Shown: positions 20,369-30,880 of the stretch, one piece after another
Layout: each line of letters opens with the position of its first letter
Numbering within the stretch: the first letter of the stretch is position 1
DNA from: Chitinophagaceae bacterium
Lineage (GTDB): Bacteria > Bacteroidota > Bacteroidia > Chitinophagales > Chitinophagaceae
NCBI GenBank assembly: GCA_016720825.1
Contig: JADKJV010000001.1
Span: forward strand, 140,930-204,929
Length of the DNA stretch: 64,000 bases
Direction of reading: 5' to 3'
Made by a program: the position numbers and the translations under genes
Notes under the pieces: generated by a model
The model's input: the letters and a program-made list of their open reading frames with translations, nothing else
Database searches by the model: none
What the model was told of the DNA's origin: nothing

Positions 20369-22201
20369 TTATTCCTTTACAAATTTTTCTATCTGCACTT
20401 CCATATCATATCCATTATACAGTTTCAGGAAATACATACCCGGCCGGAGCCCGGTTAAATTCAGGCTGAAATTATCCTGGTGACTGGTTACCTGTTTGAG
20501 CAGGATACCGTTTATGTCGCATACCTGTGCAAGCACGGGTTTACGTAGATTCTTTTTCGCTTTTATGTTTAGTACGTTATGAACGGGGTTTGGCCAGATC
20601 TGCACCAGGTCCTTCACCACCGGCGGATGTGCCAGCGGATTATCATTAATCGGCAGTGTGATCAGTGTTTTATAAGTAAGCAGCAGCACTTTGCCGCCAT
20701 CTCGGGTTGCAGTAACTGATCCGCTGCTGAATCCCCCGGTTGGGCCAGAAGTATTCCCGCTGCTGTCAATTACCACCCAAAATTTACCACTGTTGCCAAT
20801 GGGATGTATTGCCAGGTCACGCACCCGCCAGCCATGCAACAGCGGGAATGTATCCACGTTGTTGGCAGATGATGTACTGTCCACAAAGTCACCTGAGGGT
20901 TTCAGCCTCAACCGGTATAAGCCCTGTTTTAAAGAACTTACGAGCAGGGAGTTTTTCCATCCCGGAATATTTCCCTTGTAAAAATCAATACTTGATGGTG
21001 CAATAGTGGGCCATGTAAAATTATTACTTCCATCTGCCGGAATTGCGGAAGCACCCCAGTTGAAAGTAACAAACATGGGCCGTTGCATCGTATTAGAAAC
21101 TGCCCAGGTATTCTCCGAATAATTTATATTCTGGGATGCCAGCCTGTCGTTATTCGGGAAAGCATCCAGCGATGAATAGTTATTGTCAGTGGCTAATCCT
21201 GCAACCTTGGGCCAGCCATAATTTTGTCCCGACTGGATAATATTCACTTCATCATCAGATTTATCGCCATGCTCAGAACTGTATAAACGCCAGGTGCCGT
21301 TTACATTACCCCAGGCGATCCCTTGTGCATTGCGGTGGCCAAAACTGTAAACGGGTGTCTTCATCGTACCGCCGCCGATGGTACTGTGTACATAAGGATT
21401 GTCGTTAGGTATCCATTGCCGCCAGCGGTCATAATCATGAACAGGTGAGCCTGGCACACCATCGCCGTCGGGTTCTGTATTTAAGCGCAGCACTTTGCCT
21501 TCACAGGTATCAGTACTTTGGGCATAATTGGGCCGGGATGCATTGTTGAATTGCCCGGCACCCATATCACCAATTGTATAATATATACGGTACTGGTCGT
21601 TGGGTGCCACGCCTTCTTTAGCGGGTCCGATTACGAGTCTGCCCGAATTATGGTCATTACTCCCTGGCAGGTTTGAAAGCACTGTATCCATAATCATCAG
21701 TGTATCTCTTTGTGGTGATGTAGGATTACCGGCTTCCCCTGCAAAATAAAAACGACAGCGTACGATTTTTGTCCTGAAGTAACAGGGCGCTCCCGGTCCG
21801 GCAGGACAGGTACCACTAAAAACATAAGAAAGATATACCCAGGGTTTACCACTGTAGAATTCAGGATGTATCGCTAATCCCTGCATGCCACCCTGTGGCC
21901 AGGTTCCTACTGTACGGCTGAAGCTGACCATACTTCCGCCCAATGGGATTTTAAGTACTTGCTGGGGTGGCAGGTTTTTTTGTGCCTGTGTCCTGTTTGC
22001 ACTGATTCTTACCACGCGGTAACCACGTGCTTCGGTGATCCACAATGAATCATCGGGACCGTAAGTTATTTCCCATGGATATCCCAGGTTTTTTGCAACA
22101 GTATCAATGTTGAACAGCAGAGAAGTTGAATCAACAACCTGCGCCTGCATGAGCGATGTCTTTAACAGCAACACGAATAACAACAGTTTCAGTTTCTTCA
22201 T
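20369..22201 (-). CDS. PQQ-dependent sugar (glucose/sorbosone) dehydrogenase-like beta-propeller protein with T9SS C-terminal sorting domain
   Basis: ORF 20369..22249, with the start at MKKLKLLLFVLLL. Contains a FGHRNAQGIAWG-type motif. The C-terminal ~80 aa (IWPNPVHNVLNI...GMYFLKLYNG...) match the Por/T9SS CTD pattern. Confidence 0.75.
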   Translation of the reverse strand: MKKLKLLLFVLLLKTSLMQAQVVDSTSLLFNIDTVAKNLGYPWEITYGPDDSLWITEARGYRVVRISANRTQAQKNLPPQQVLKIPLGGSMVSFSRTVGTWPQGGMQGLAIHPEFYSGKPWVYLSYVFSGTCPAGPGAPCYFRTKIVRCRFYFAGEAGNPTSPQRDTLMIMDTVLSNLPGSNDHNSGRLVIGPAKEGVAPNDQYRIYYTIGDMGAGQFNNASRPNYAQSTDTCEGKVLRLNTEPDGDGVPGSPVHDYDRWRQWIPNDNPYVHSTIGGGTMKTPVYSFGHRNAQGIAWGNVNGTWRLYSSEHGDKSDDEVNIIQSGQNYGWPKVAGLATDNNYSSLDAFPNNDRLASQNINYSENTWAVSNTMQRPMFVTFNWGASAIPADGSNNFTWPTIAPSSIDFYKGNIPGWKNSLLVSSLKQGLYRLRLKPSGDFVDSTSSANNVDTFPLLHGWRVRDLAIHPIGNSGKFWVVIDSSGNTSGPTGGFSSGSVTATRDGGKVLLLTYKTLITLPINDNPLAHPPVVKDLVQIWPNPVHNVLNIKAKKNLRKPVLAQVCDINGILLKQVTSHQDNFSLNLTGLRPGMYFLKLYNGYDMEVQIEKFVKE

Positions 22202-22380
22202 TGAATTGGATTGTTGTATAAAATTAGTATGCGGATATCCCTTTGTCAATAGTGAATTCCAGTAGTAAAATATACGGGTAAATATATATTTTCAGACGGT
22301 TGTTTTCCTATTGTGGCGGATATATGATTAAACTATTTTTAACTGGAAATGTCGTAGAAGTGAATCCGTAAATCCAAACT

Positions 22381-24658
22381 ATGAAATTAACTGTACCCCG
22401 TGCGTCACACCTTTTCCACCTAATGCCCGGTCTGGTACTCTTGCTTAGTTTGAATGCAAGTGCGCAGAATATTGATTTTGGCAAGAGCTATGTCAATGTA
22501 ACCAAAGGGTTGAACGGCGGAACCGTTGAAACAGGTGATACCCTGGAAATCAGGGCTTCTATTGTTGTGCGTTCAGGAACGTATGACAGTTGCCGGTACC
22601 AGGATGCAGTTCCTGCAGGCACTGTGTATATTCCGGGAACAGTCCGCGTATTGACCAATGAAGGGAAAATCTACAAGCAGTTTACAGATGCTGCCGGTGA
22701 TGATCCCGGGCGTATTACAGGAGCCAACATCACTATCAACCTGGGTTATAATCCAGCAGCAGCCCCGGCCACAGCCCTACGCAGGGGAAGAATTGCGAAT
22801 ACGCACAAACCTTCTTTCTTTGGGTCAACCTGTATCATGATTGCCTCATTCAGGATCCGTGTAACTGCGGCACTGGGTACAAATATCAGTACCGGTGGTG
22901 GTAACATGACTTACAAAAGCGGAATACTGGCTGTACAGACTTTTACATTCCCGGCGAATACCGTTCGTGTCTATACCAACTATGGCATTTGCGCCAATAC
23001 CGTTGGTGTGAATTCGATTGGTACGGAATCAAACGGAACCTTTGGTTTTGGCAAACCCAGGAATCGCGGTAATTCTGTCAATGTACCTCCGGGTTATACG
23101 TATAGCCCTTTCACAACGAATATGCCTAACGACTATTATTATGGCATTGCAAACAACACATCCACGCAAACAAATTATACTACACTCAATACCTGGCCCA
23201 AACCGGATAACAGCACGCCTACACACCGTGTGTTCAGTGTATGGGATATTATCGGTGACCATACAGGTGCTGCTTCGCCCACATTAGGCAATCCGGCTGC
23301 AGATACCGTAGCAAATAATTTCGGCGGATATATGCTTATTATCAATGCAGCTTACCGGATTGACTCCGCCTTCCAGCAAACTATCTCAGGATTATGTCCC
23401 AATACTTATTATGAGATTTCATGCTGGATGAGGAATATCTGTTCCAAATGCGGATGTGACTCAAACGGAGTTGGTGCCAGTAATTCGGGTTATATCCCAA
23501 CAGGAGCAGGTGATTCATCGGGTGTGGCCCCCAATCTTACTTTTGATATTGATGGCGTGGATTATTATACAACCGGTAAACTGCTTTATAATGGCAGGTG
23601 GGTGAAGAAAGGTTTTACCTACCTCACAGGCCCATCGCAGTCTAGTTTCACGATGAAGTTCTTTAATAACGCCCCCGGTGGCGGTGGTAACGACTGGGCG
23701 CTGGATGATATTTCAGTATCTACCTGTTCACCCAACATGAAATATTCCCCGTCGCTGAATCCGATTGTGTGCGACAGTAATTCTATAACGATATACGATA
23801 CCGTCCGGTCATTTTTTAATAACTACACCTACTATAAATGGCAGCGCAGTACTGATGGTGGCGGAACCTGGACAGATATTACCGCGCCTTCCGGACCAGC
23901 AACACCGGTGTGGAATGGCTCGGCCTGGGAATATGTTGTATCCTACACAGTTACCTCCGGCTTTCACATATACTGCAGGCGTGAATGATATGTACAGGTT
24001 GGTTGTCGCAACAACTGCTGCAAACCTGTCTGATGTCAATTGTAATTTTACTGACCCGGTAAATATCATTAAACTGACAGTCATCGAATGTGGAATCCCT
24101 TTAAACAGTTCCCTGATCGCTTTTGCGGGAAGGGATAATAACGGTCATGCAGCCCTGCAATGGACCACTACAAGAGAAGAGGAAGACTACCTGTTTGATG
24201 TGGAAAAGAGTGCAGATGGTGTCCGATTCTTCCGGATTGCTACAATAAACAGTTATGGCAACAGTGCAGCCGAGAACAATATTTATAATTTCCAGGATCC
24301 TTCATTGCTTACCGGCAACAGTTACTACAGGATCAATATGAAAAATAATGCCGGTCATTCGGTATACAGCAGGACGATCCGCTTATCGGCTGATCCTGTA
24401 ACACTGGCTTTTGAATCTGTGATCAATCCATTCGGTGAAAAACTTGAATGCCAGTTATACGCTGCCGAAACCGGCAGGGCCGATGTGGAATTATATGACC
24501 CTGCAGGCAGGATGATCCGCAACATGCATGCTGATTTGTCCCAGGGCATCAACCACATCACCATGGACAAACTCAGCCAGCTCGCAAACGGGATTTATAT
24601 ACTAAGGGTGAATATGCACGGGAAAGTGCTGCAGCGGACGGTGTATCATCAGCAATAA
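22381..24658 (+). pseudogene. Large secreted protein with T9SS C-terminal sorting domain; frame broken near 23945-23955 (one extra nucleotide)
   Basis: ORF 22381..23988 has a signal peptide and a DUF11-like segment (GDTLEIRASIVV). ORF 23855..24658 ends in a T9SS CTD (INPFGEKLE...LYDPAGRMI...GIYILRVNMHG). Span is 2278 nt, which is 3n+1. Confidence 0.7.
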
Positions 24659-24693
24659 GTGGAAAGTGGAAAGTGGAAAGTGGAAAGTGGAAA
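24659..24693. repeat. (GTGGAAA)x5 perfect tandem heptamer, left arm of intergenic element B
   Basis: Read directly from the sequence. Five exact copies start immediately after the stop codon at 24656-24658. Confidence 0.95.
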
Positions 24694-24775
24694 GCTGAGC
24701 TACAAGTTCCCATACCAGCTTTTCTATTCATTGAGCTTGTAAATAAATAGTAAACAGTGCTTTGATTTGAGTCAC

Positions 24776-24803
24776 TTTCAACTATCCATTTTCAACTTTC
24801 AAC
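24776..24803. repeat. TTTCAAC-type heptamers in 7-nt phase (3 of 4 units), right arm of element B, inverted relative to 24659-24693
   Basis: TTTCAAC occurs at 24776, 24790 and 24797, with TATCCAT at 24783. The reverse complement GTTGAAA differs from GTGGAAA at one position per unit. Confidence 0.8.
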
Positions 24804-24805
24804 TA

Positions 24806-25528
24806 TTATAGAACCTGCATCTTATCGCTCACCTCAGCACTGGTTTCACCGCCAGTCTGTGCTTCTTCTTCTTTCTTGCGTTTGAAGAAACGTTTCTGGA
24901 AAACAAATAAGGTAATTACACCGACAGAGATGGAGGCGTCGGCGATATTGAAGATAGGGCCAAAGAAATCAAATTTAGTTCCGCCAATTAAAGGCACCCA
25001 GGAAGGAAAAGTGGTATCAAAAAAAGGCAGGTAGATCATATCCACCACACTTCCATGGAGGAAAGAAGAGTATCCATGTCCGTTTAAAGCAGCTACACCT
25101 TCGTACCGGATATATTCATGCAGCACAGGATCATAGTGCAGGCCTTTGTCGAATATCATTCCATAAAACATACTGTCGATCAGGTTGCCCAGTGCACCGG
25201 CATAAATCAAAGCGGCACAAATGATAAACCCTTTGCTGTAATGTTGTTTAACCAGTTTACCGAGATACCAGGTACCAAAAATGACTGCTGCGAGACGCAG
25301 TAAAGTGAGTAACATCTTCCCGGTTTCATTGCCGAATTTCCAACCCCAGGCCATACCTGAATTCTCAATAAAGTGAATCCTGAACCAGTTAAAGCCGAAT
25401 ACGCGCAACACTTCCCCCTCGGCGTGAGTGGATTTAATCCAGATCTTCAATCCCTGATCGGCGACGATAATCAGGAGGATGATAAATACAACATTTCTGA
25501 GCTTCAACTGTGCGGTTTTAGTGGGCAA
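24806..25528 (-). CDS. lspA: Lipoprotein signal peptidase II
   Basis: 240 aa. Four TM segments with the conserved NSGMAWG and FNIADASISVG motifs. TTG start, so the exact start is uncertain. Charged C-terminal extension. Confidence 0.9.
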   Translation of the reverse strand: MPTKTAQLKLRNVVFIILLIIVADQGLKIWIKSTHAEGEVLRVFGFNWFRIHFIENSGMAWGWKFGNETGKMLLTLLRLAAVIFGTWYLGKLVKQHYSKGFIICAALIYAGALGNLIDSMFYGMIFDKGLHYDPVLHEYIRYEGVAALNGHGYSSFLHGSVVDMIYLPFFDTTFPSWVPLIGGTKFDFFGPIFNIADASISVGVITLFVFQKRFFKRKKEEEAQTGGETSAEVSDKMQVL

Positions 25529-25630
25529 ATATAGGTATAAAGCCGGCAGGGTTTTCTCAAATAAGTCCTAAAAATATGAGGGGAATCGGGACCCAAAAAC
25601 AGCTGGGAATCAACGCTGTTCAGGGCGGTT

Positions 25631-28102
25631 TTACTCCTGGAAATACACCCTTTTAACTCTTTGTGAGATGCCGGTCATGATTTCGTAAGGAATGGTTCCG
25701 GCGCGGTCGGCCAGTTCCTCCACTCCGGGATCTTCCCCGAAAATAATCACTTCATCACCTTCCCTGACCCCGGGCACAGCAGTCACGTCTGCCATAAACA
25801 TATCCATACATACAGTACCAACGACGGGAACCCTGTGACCATTTACCAGAATGGCTCCCACGCCATGGCCCAGCCTGCGCGGATAACCATCTGCATATCC
25901 CAGCCTGATGGTAGCAATCAGCGCATCTTTCTCAAACCTGGCCTTCCGGTTATAACTTACCGTTTCGCCGGGAAGTATTTTTTTCAGTTGCGCAATGGTG
26001 GATTTCAATGTGGCTACAGGACGCAGGTCCAGCTTGCCGCTATGTCCGCTGTCAACTCCATATAAACCGATACCCAACCGCACCATATCAAGCTGCAATG
26101 CCGGATGACGGATAACGGCGGCTGAATTGGCAATATGTTTTAAAAATGATTGTCCGGTTACACGGTGTAATATCTCTGCAGCCCGGTTAAATTTATCCGA
26201 TTGCTCCAGCGTAAACCCATCCTGTACTGCTTCTTCACTCGCGGCGAGATGCGTGAAAGCAGACTGGAGTTTAAAGCAGCTGCTGCTTTTAATTTTTTCC
26301 GCCAGCATTTGGATTTCGCTGATTGCAAAACCAAGCCGGTTCATGCCCGTTTCAATTTCGATGTGCACCGGAAAATGTTCCTGTCCTTCCTGCAGCAGGT
26401 ATTTTTCAAAAGCCTCCAGTATTTCAAATGAATATAACTCCGGCTCCAGCCTGTATTCAAGTATCTGGTCAAACGCAGCTTCATCCGGATTCATCACCAT
26501 GATGGGTAAACGGATACCGGCCTTGCGTAATTCAACACCTTCATCTGCATAAGCCACGCCGAGGTAATCCACCTGGTGGTACTGGAGTACTCCGGCAATT
26601 TCCGCCCCACCGCTTCCATAGGCAAAGGCTTTCACCATGGCCATGACTTTGGTGGATGGCTTCAGGAATTTCTGGTATTCCTTGAGATTATGTGCGATAT
26701 TATTCAGATTGATCTCGAGCCTGGTCTGGTGGGCTTTTTGTTCAAACAACTGCACAATATTTTCAAAAGCAAATACACGGGCACCTTTTACGAGTATCGT
26801 TTCATCCCTGAACTGGGAAGCCCTGAACTGCCTGGTAAAATCTTTTGCGGAAGGATATAGTGAAGTCTGTATCCCCTGCGGCATGTCATGTGCGAGTGCA
26901 GCGGAAATCCTTTCACCGATACCAATCAGCCGGCCTACTTTATGTTGTAATAACAGTTCAGTGATCAACTGGTATAATTCCTCATCCGGTAATGAGCTTT
27001 GCAGGAAATCAGAAAGGATTACTGTTCTTGCTTCCGTTGTAGCCTGTTGTTGCAGGAAGTTCAGCGCAATTTCCAGTGAACTGAGATCCGCACTGTAACT
27101 GTCATTGATCACCACGCACTGGTTGATGCCTTTTTTCAATTCGAGCCGCATGTTCACTGGCTGGAGATGGCGCATTTTTTCGAAATGCAAGTCATCCCCT
27201 TTTCCGAGAACGAGCATAACGGCAGCACAGGTAATGGCATTCTCTACGGATGCATCATCTGTGAATGGGATCGTGAACGAATACAAATGATCCCTGTAGC
27301 GGAGACTAATTACACTCTGCGCCGGTTCTTTCCTGAGTTCTGTAAGTACAAAGGTGTTGTTATCAGCATATCCCCAGGTTAGGTATTCCAGGTTCTCATC
27401 CATCCATTCCAGCGATTCCTGGTTGGGGACCATATCTGTTTCCCGTGCGATGAGTTGTCTGGCGTTGCGGAACAGGGTTATTTTCTCCCTGAATTTATGT
27501 CCCTGGTCATTAAAGCCGCCGCTATGTGCTTCACCGATATTGGTGAGTATGCCGATGGTGGGGCGGATCATCCTTTCCAGTTTAATCATCTCTCCCTGCT
27601 CTGAAATACCGGCTTCAATCAATGCCAGGTTATGGGTGGCATCCATCTGCCAGATGCTCAGGGGAACACCGGTTTGTGAATTATAACTGCGGGGACTTCT
27701 TACAATGGAATAATCAGTATGCAATAACTGGTAAAGCCATTCTTTTACAATTGTTTTCCCATTGCTGCCGGTAATACCAATAACCGGATAATCAAAGGAT
27801 GACCGGTGCGCGGCAGCCAGTTGCTGCAAGGCAACCAATGTATCATCAACCTGCAGGAAAACAGCACCGGGCCAGGCAGACGCAGGGAATTCTTCACTGA
27901 CCACAAATGCACGGACACCTTTTTCATATAATTCAGGAATAAACTGGTGGCCATCACGGCGGGTGGTTTGCAGGGCAAAGAATAAAGTAACATCGGGATC
28001 ACTCAGCTTGCGGCTGTCGGTAAGTAAAATGCTGACAGTCCTTTCCCCGGAACCATGCACTACGGCATCCATCATCCCGGCGATATGTGCAATCGGATAC
28101 AT
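25631..28102 (-). CDS. Bifunctional UDP-MurNAc-tripeptide--D-Ala-D-Ala ligase (MurF) / alanine racemase fusion
   Basis: 823 aa. The N-terminal half has Mur ligase motifs (GITGSNGKT). The C-terminal half is an alanine racemase (MAMVKAFAYGSG with the PLP lysine context; ...VCMDMFMADVT). Confidence 0.9.
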   Translation of the reverse strand: MYPIAHIAGMMDAVVHGSGERTVSILLTDSRKLSDPDVTLFFALQTTRRDGHQFIPELYEKGVRAFVVSEEFPASAWPGAVFLQVDDTLVALQQLAAAHRSSFDYPVIGITGSNGKTIVKEWLYQLLHTDYSIVRSPRSYNSQTGVPLSIWQMDATHNLALIEAGISEQGEMIKLERMIRPTIGILTNIGEAHSGGFNDQGHKFREKITLFRNARQLIARETDMVPNQESLEWMDENLEYLTWGYADNNTFVLTELRKEPAQSVISLRYRDHLYSFTIPFTDDASVENAITCAAVMLVLGKGDDLHFEKMRHLQPVNMRLELKKGINQCVVINDSYSADLSSLEIALNFLQQQATTEARTVILSDFLQSSLPDEELYQLITELLLQHKVGRLIGIGERISAALAHDMPQGIQTSLYPSAKDFTRQFRASQFRDETILVKGARVFAFENIVQLFEQKAHQTRLEINLNNIAHNLKEYQKFLKPSTKVMAMVKAFAYGSGGAEIAGVLQYHQVDYLGVAYADEGVELRKAGIRLPIMVMNPDEAAFDQILEYRLEPELYSFEILEAFEKYLLQEGQEHFPVHIEIETGMNRLGFAISEIQMLAEKIKSSSCFKLQSAFTHLAASEEAVQDGFTLEQSDKFNRAAEILHRVTGQSFLKHIANSAAVIRHPALQLDMVRLGIGLYGVDSGHSGKLDLRPVATLKSTIAQLKKILPGETVSYNRKARFEKDALIATIRLGYADGYPRRLGHGVGAILVNGHRVPVVGTVCMDMFMADVTAVPGVREGDEVIIFGEDPGVEELADRAGTIPYEIMTGISQRVKRVYFQE

Positions 28103-29088
28103 TAAAAATCGAGGTCCATGTTTTGAGGATCATTCGGGTCTTCTTTATCCCGTTCATTCTTTTTATCAATGAAAATGGAATAAAACACCGAACCGGTGAT
28201 ACAAAGTGCAATCACACCCAGCGAAATAAACACCATCGTGTTTTTATCAATATACGGTGACACCCAGTGCTCAGTCAGCATTTTCAAACCGATAAACACC
28301 AGCACGATGGCTATTCCCTGCGGGAGGTAATCAAATTTGCTGATAGCCCCGCGTAAGAGGAAAAACAGGGAACGCAGGCCGAGCACTGCAAAAATATTCG
28401 AGGTATAAATAACCAGCTTATCAGTGGAAATCCCCATTACAGCAGGTATTGAATCCAGTGCAAAAACCAGGTCAATAGCGGCCAGCATGATCACTACTAC
28501 AAACAGCGTGGTATAAAAATATTTTCCATTCTCTTTCACCCGGTAGCGGCCTTCGCCATCGTGGGGAACGAGCGGAAGGATTTTCTTCAGGTACTTATAT
28601 ACTTTACTTTCCTGGGGATCGAATTCAGTATCACTACTGGCAGTAAACATCTTGATACCGGTGTATACCAGGAACACACCAAATACATAAAGGATCCAGC
28701 TGTAACGTTCCGCCAGCGCAACACCAACCGTAATAAATATCACGCGGAAAATAATCGCCATCAGGATACCTGCCAGTAATACACGGCCGTAAAATTTCTG
28801 GCGTACAGAGAAGGCAGTAAATATCAGGATGAATACAAAAATGTTATCAATACTCAGGCTCCATTCCATCAGGTAGCCGCTGAGGTACTGAAGGGATAGC
28901 ACCTGCCCTTTTTTTACCCAGAGGAAAATAAAAAACGCAAATGCCAGGCTGACCCAGAAGAAAGTCTGCCATAAGGCCTGCCGGATGGAAATCTCTTTGT
29001 TTTTCCGGCTGAGTACACCCAGGTCAATAACCAGGGCTATGACCAGGACAATTCCAAAAACGAGATATACAACCTGGTCAGAACTCAT
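28102..29088 (-). CDS. TerC-family integral membrane protein
   Basis: 328 aa and polytopic. Contains the EWSLSIDNIFVF and ALDSIPAV motifs typical of TerC. Confidence 0.85.
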   Translation of the reverse strand: MSSDQVVYLVFGIVLVIALVIDLGVLSRKNKEISIRQALWQTFFWVSLAFAFFIFLWVKKGQVLSLQYLSGYLMEWSLSIDNIFVFILIFTAFSVRQKFYGRVLLAGILMAIIFRVIFITVGVALAERYSWILYVFGVFLVYTGIKMFTASSDTEFDPQESKVYKYLKKILPLVPHDGEGRYRVKENGKYFYTTLFVVVIMLAAIDLVFALDSIPAVMGISTDKLVIYTSNIFAVLGLRSLFFLLRGAISKFDYLPQGIAIVLVFIGLKMLTEHWVSPYIDKNTMVFISLGVIALCITGSVFYSIFIDKKNERDKEDPNDPQNMDLDF

Positions 29089-29133
29089 GTGTGAAATAAA
29101 TTATAGGTAAAGTTACAGGGCAATCAGAGGCTT

Positions 29134-30879
29134 TCAACTGTTTGTGCGGGTATATTTTTTCTTCCTGATTTGCTGGTAAGCCAGCCCGGCCAGCAGGATC
29201 AGGATCACCGGCAGCGCGATATTGATCAGTTGCCACTGGGTCTTGTTCTTCGTGATTTTAGGGGAATCCAGCAGGCGGAGGATGATTTCCTTGTTGCGCG
29301 TTTCCGCAATAGCCGGGTTGTTGACGAGGTATTCAGCACAATTCAGCAGGAACTCCCTGTTCGCTGCAGGCACAAAATATTTACCATACTCAGATTGCTG
29401 CTGGTACTCACGGTATGTGTATTTATTCCAGCCCATCGGCAAGGGACCTTCCTGGGGCATTACATCATTCAGTACCATATCCCCGTCAGCCACTACAATC
29501 ATCTTAGTAGGAACAGAAACGGGTTTATACAGCGCGCCCGTAAGCTTCAATGTATCCTGCTGGGCAGCCGTAACCCTGTTCTTGTAAAAAGAATTGAACT
29601 CGCCTTCCAGCAGCATCGCTACCGGGATATCATTCTTCTTGAATTTTTCATCTTCCGGCAGGTCCTTGTTTTCATTCAGGCTGATAATGGCCGGCGTACT
29701 GATGATCCTTGAATGGGCAGACGTACCGAGCAGGAAAGTCTTTTTGATCCCGGGCTCCTGGATACTATCCACTGAATTCACAAACCGGCCGCTTACATAA
29801 CCCATATTCCTGTTCAGCACATTGCCGGCAGTGGGAATCAGTAACGGGTAATAATTCCAGTGCAGGAAATCCAATTGGGGATTATCAGCTGTACCACCCA
29901 CCACAAACGGGATCATATCACACTGGAGGTCCATCACCAGGTCGGGATTGATGCGGACACCATAGCGGAAGAAAATATCAGTGAGGTTCAGGTTGCGGTC
30001 GTACGCAATGGTTTCTTTATTAAAAGCGAGACTGTCCTGTTCCGCAATCAGGTTATCTATAAAACAAAGCAGCTTGCCGCCGTTCATGACAAACTGATCA
30101 AGTTTGAATTTTTCTGCTTCTGTAAACTGGAGGGTGGGTTTGACAATCATTAACACATCCATATCTGCCGGGATAGCAGGCTGGGTTTGCAGGTTAAACA
30201 TGGCAAACTTGTAATCGTTCTGGAGCGTTTGAACAATATCCATGGCGCGTCCGTCAACCGGTTCACCATTACCAACGGCATAGCCAATACCGGGTTTGCG
30301 GTCATTGGTCAGTTTGTCGAGCGCTTTCACGAACTGGTATTCCATCAATGCTTCTGCATTGTTGATTTCTTCCTGCGAAATCCGGCCGTTGGCACCGGGA
30401 TAGAGATTAACCAGGACAATTTTCCCTTTGTATTCAAGTGTGGCTACGGGGAAAATGATATTACTGCTCTCCCCTGCTTTTTTCTGTACGGTGAGGTTTA
30501 TTGGTACGGCACCCATGCCGACCAGTGTATCTCCCCAGGCTTTACCGGTACCCGGCATTTCATCCTGTGGTGAAACAAAATGATAATGCACTTTTGAACC
30601 GTTGCGGTCTTTCAGCAGGTCCATGAATTCAGCGGTGCTGTTGGCCAGTTTCCGGAAACCGGAGGGGAATTCACCTTTGAGGAAAATGTTTACCTCCAGG
30701 TCATCATCCAGTTTTTTGATAAGATCTGAAGATGTTTTGCTGAGCGTATATCTTTTTTCCTGGGTCAGGTCAATCCGGTAATGGAACATGGTACCGATAT
30801 AATTGATCAGCACCAGGGCGGCCAGCAATGCCAGCCACCAGAATTTAGAACCCAGTATTTTTTCGAATCCTTTTTTCAT
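29134..30879 (-). CDS. gldG: Gliding-motility-associated ABC transporter auxiliary protein GldG
   Basis: 581 aa with N- and C-terminal TM anchors and the RIDLTQEKRYTLS start typical of GldG. It lies directly downstream of gldF. Confidence 0.8.
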   Translation of the reverse strand: MKKGFEKILGSKFWWLALLAALVLINYIGTMFHYRIDLTQEKRYTLSKTSSDLIKKLDDDLEVNIFLKGEFPSGFRKLANSTAEFMDLLKDRNGSKVHYHFVSPQDEMPGTGKAWGDTLVGMGAVPINLTVQKKAGESSNIIFPVATLEYKGKIVLVNLYPGANGRISQEEINNAEALMEYQFVKALDKLTNDRKPGIGYAVGNGEPVDGRAMDIVQTLQNDYKFAMFNLQTQPAIPADMDVLMIVKPTLQFTEAEKFKLDQFVMNGGKLLCFIDNLIAEQDSLAFNKETIAYDRNLNLTDIFFRYGVRINPDLVMDLQCDMIPFVVGGTADNPQLDFLHWNYYPLLIPTAGNVLNRNMGYVSGRFVNSVDSIQEPGIKKTFLLGTSAHSRIISTPAIISLNENKDLPEDEKFKKNDIPVAMLLEGEFNSFYKNRVTAAQQDTLKLTGALYKPVSVPTKMIVVADGDMVLNDVMPQEGPLPMGWNKYTYREYQQQSEYGKYFVPAANREFLLNCAEYLVNNPAIAETRNKEIILRLLDSPKITKNKTQWQLINIALPVILILLAGLAYQQIRKKKYTRTNS

Positions 30880-30880
30880 C

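Noticed and set aside
24659-24693. Tandem repeats considered as a possible CRISPR array. The same question applies to 31637-31689 and 51291-51336
   Set aside because: The units are 7 nt and directly abutting, with no spacers. CRISPR repeats are ~24-48 nt and separated by unique spacers. There are no cas genes in the window.
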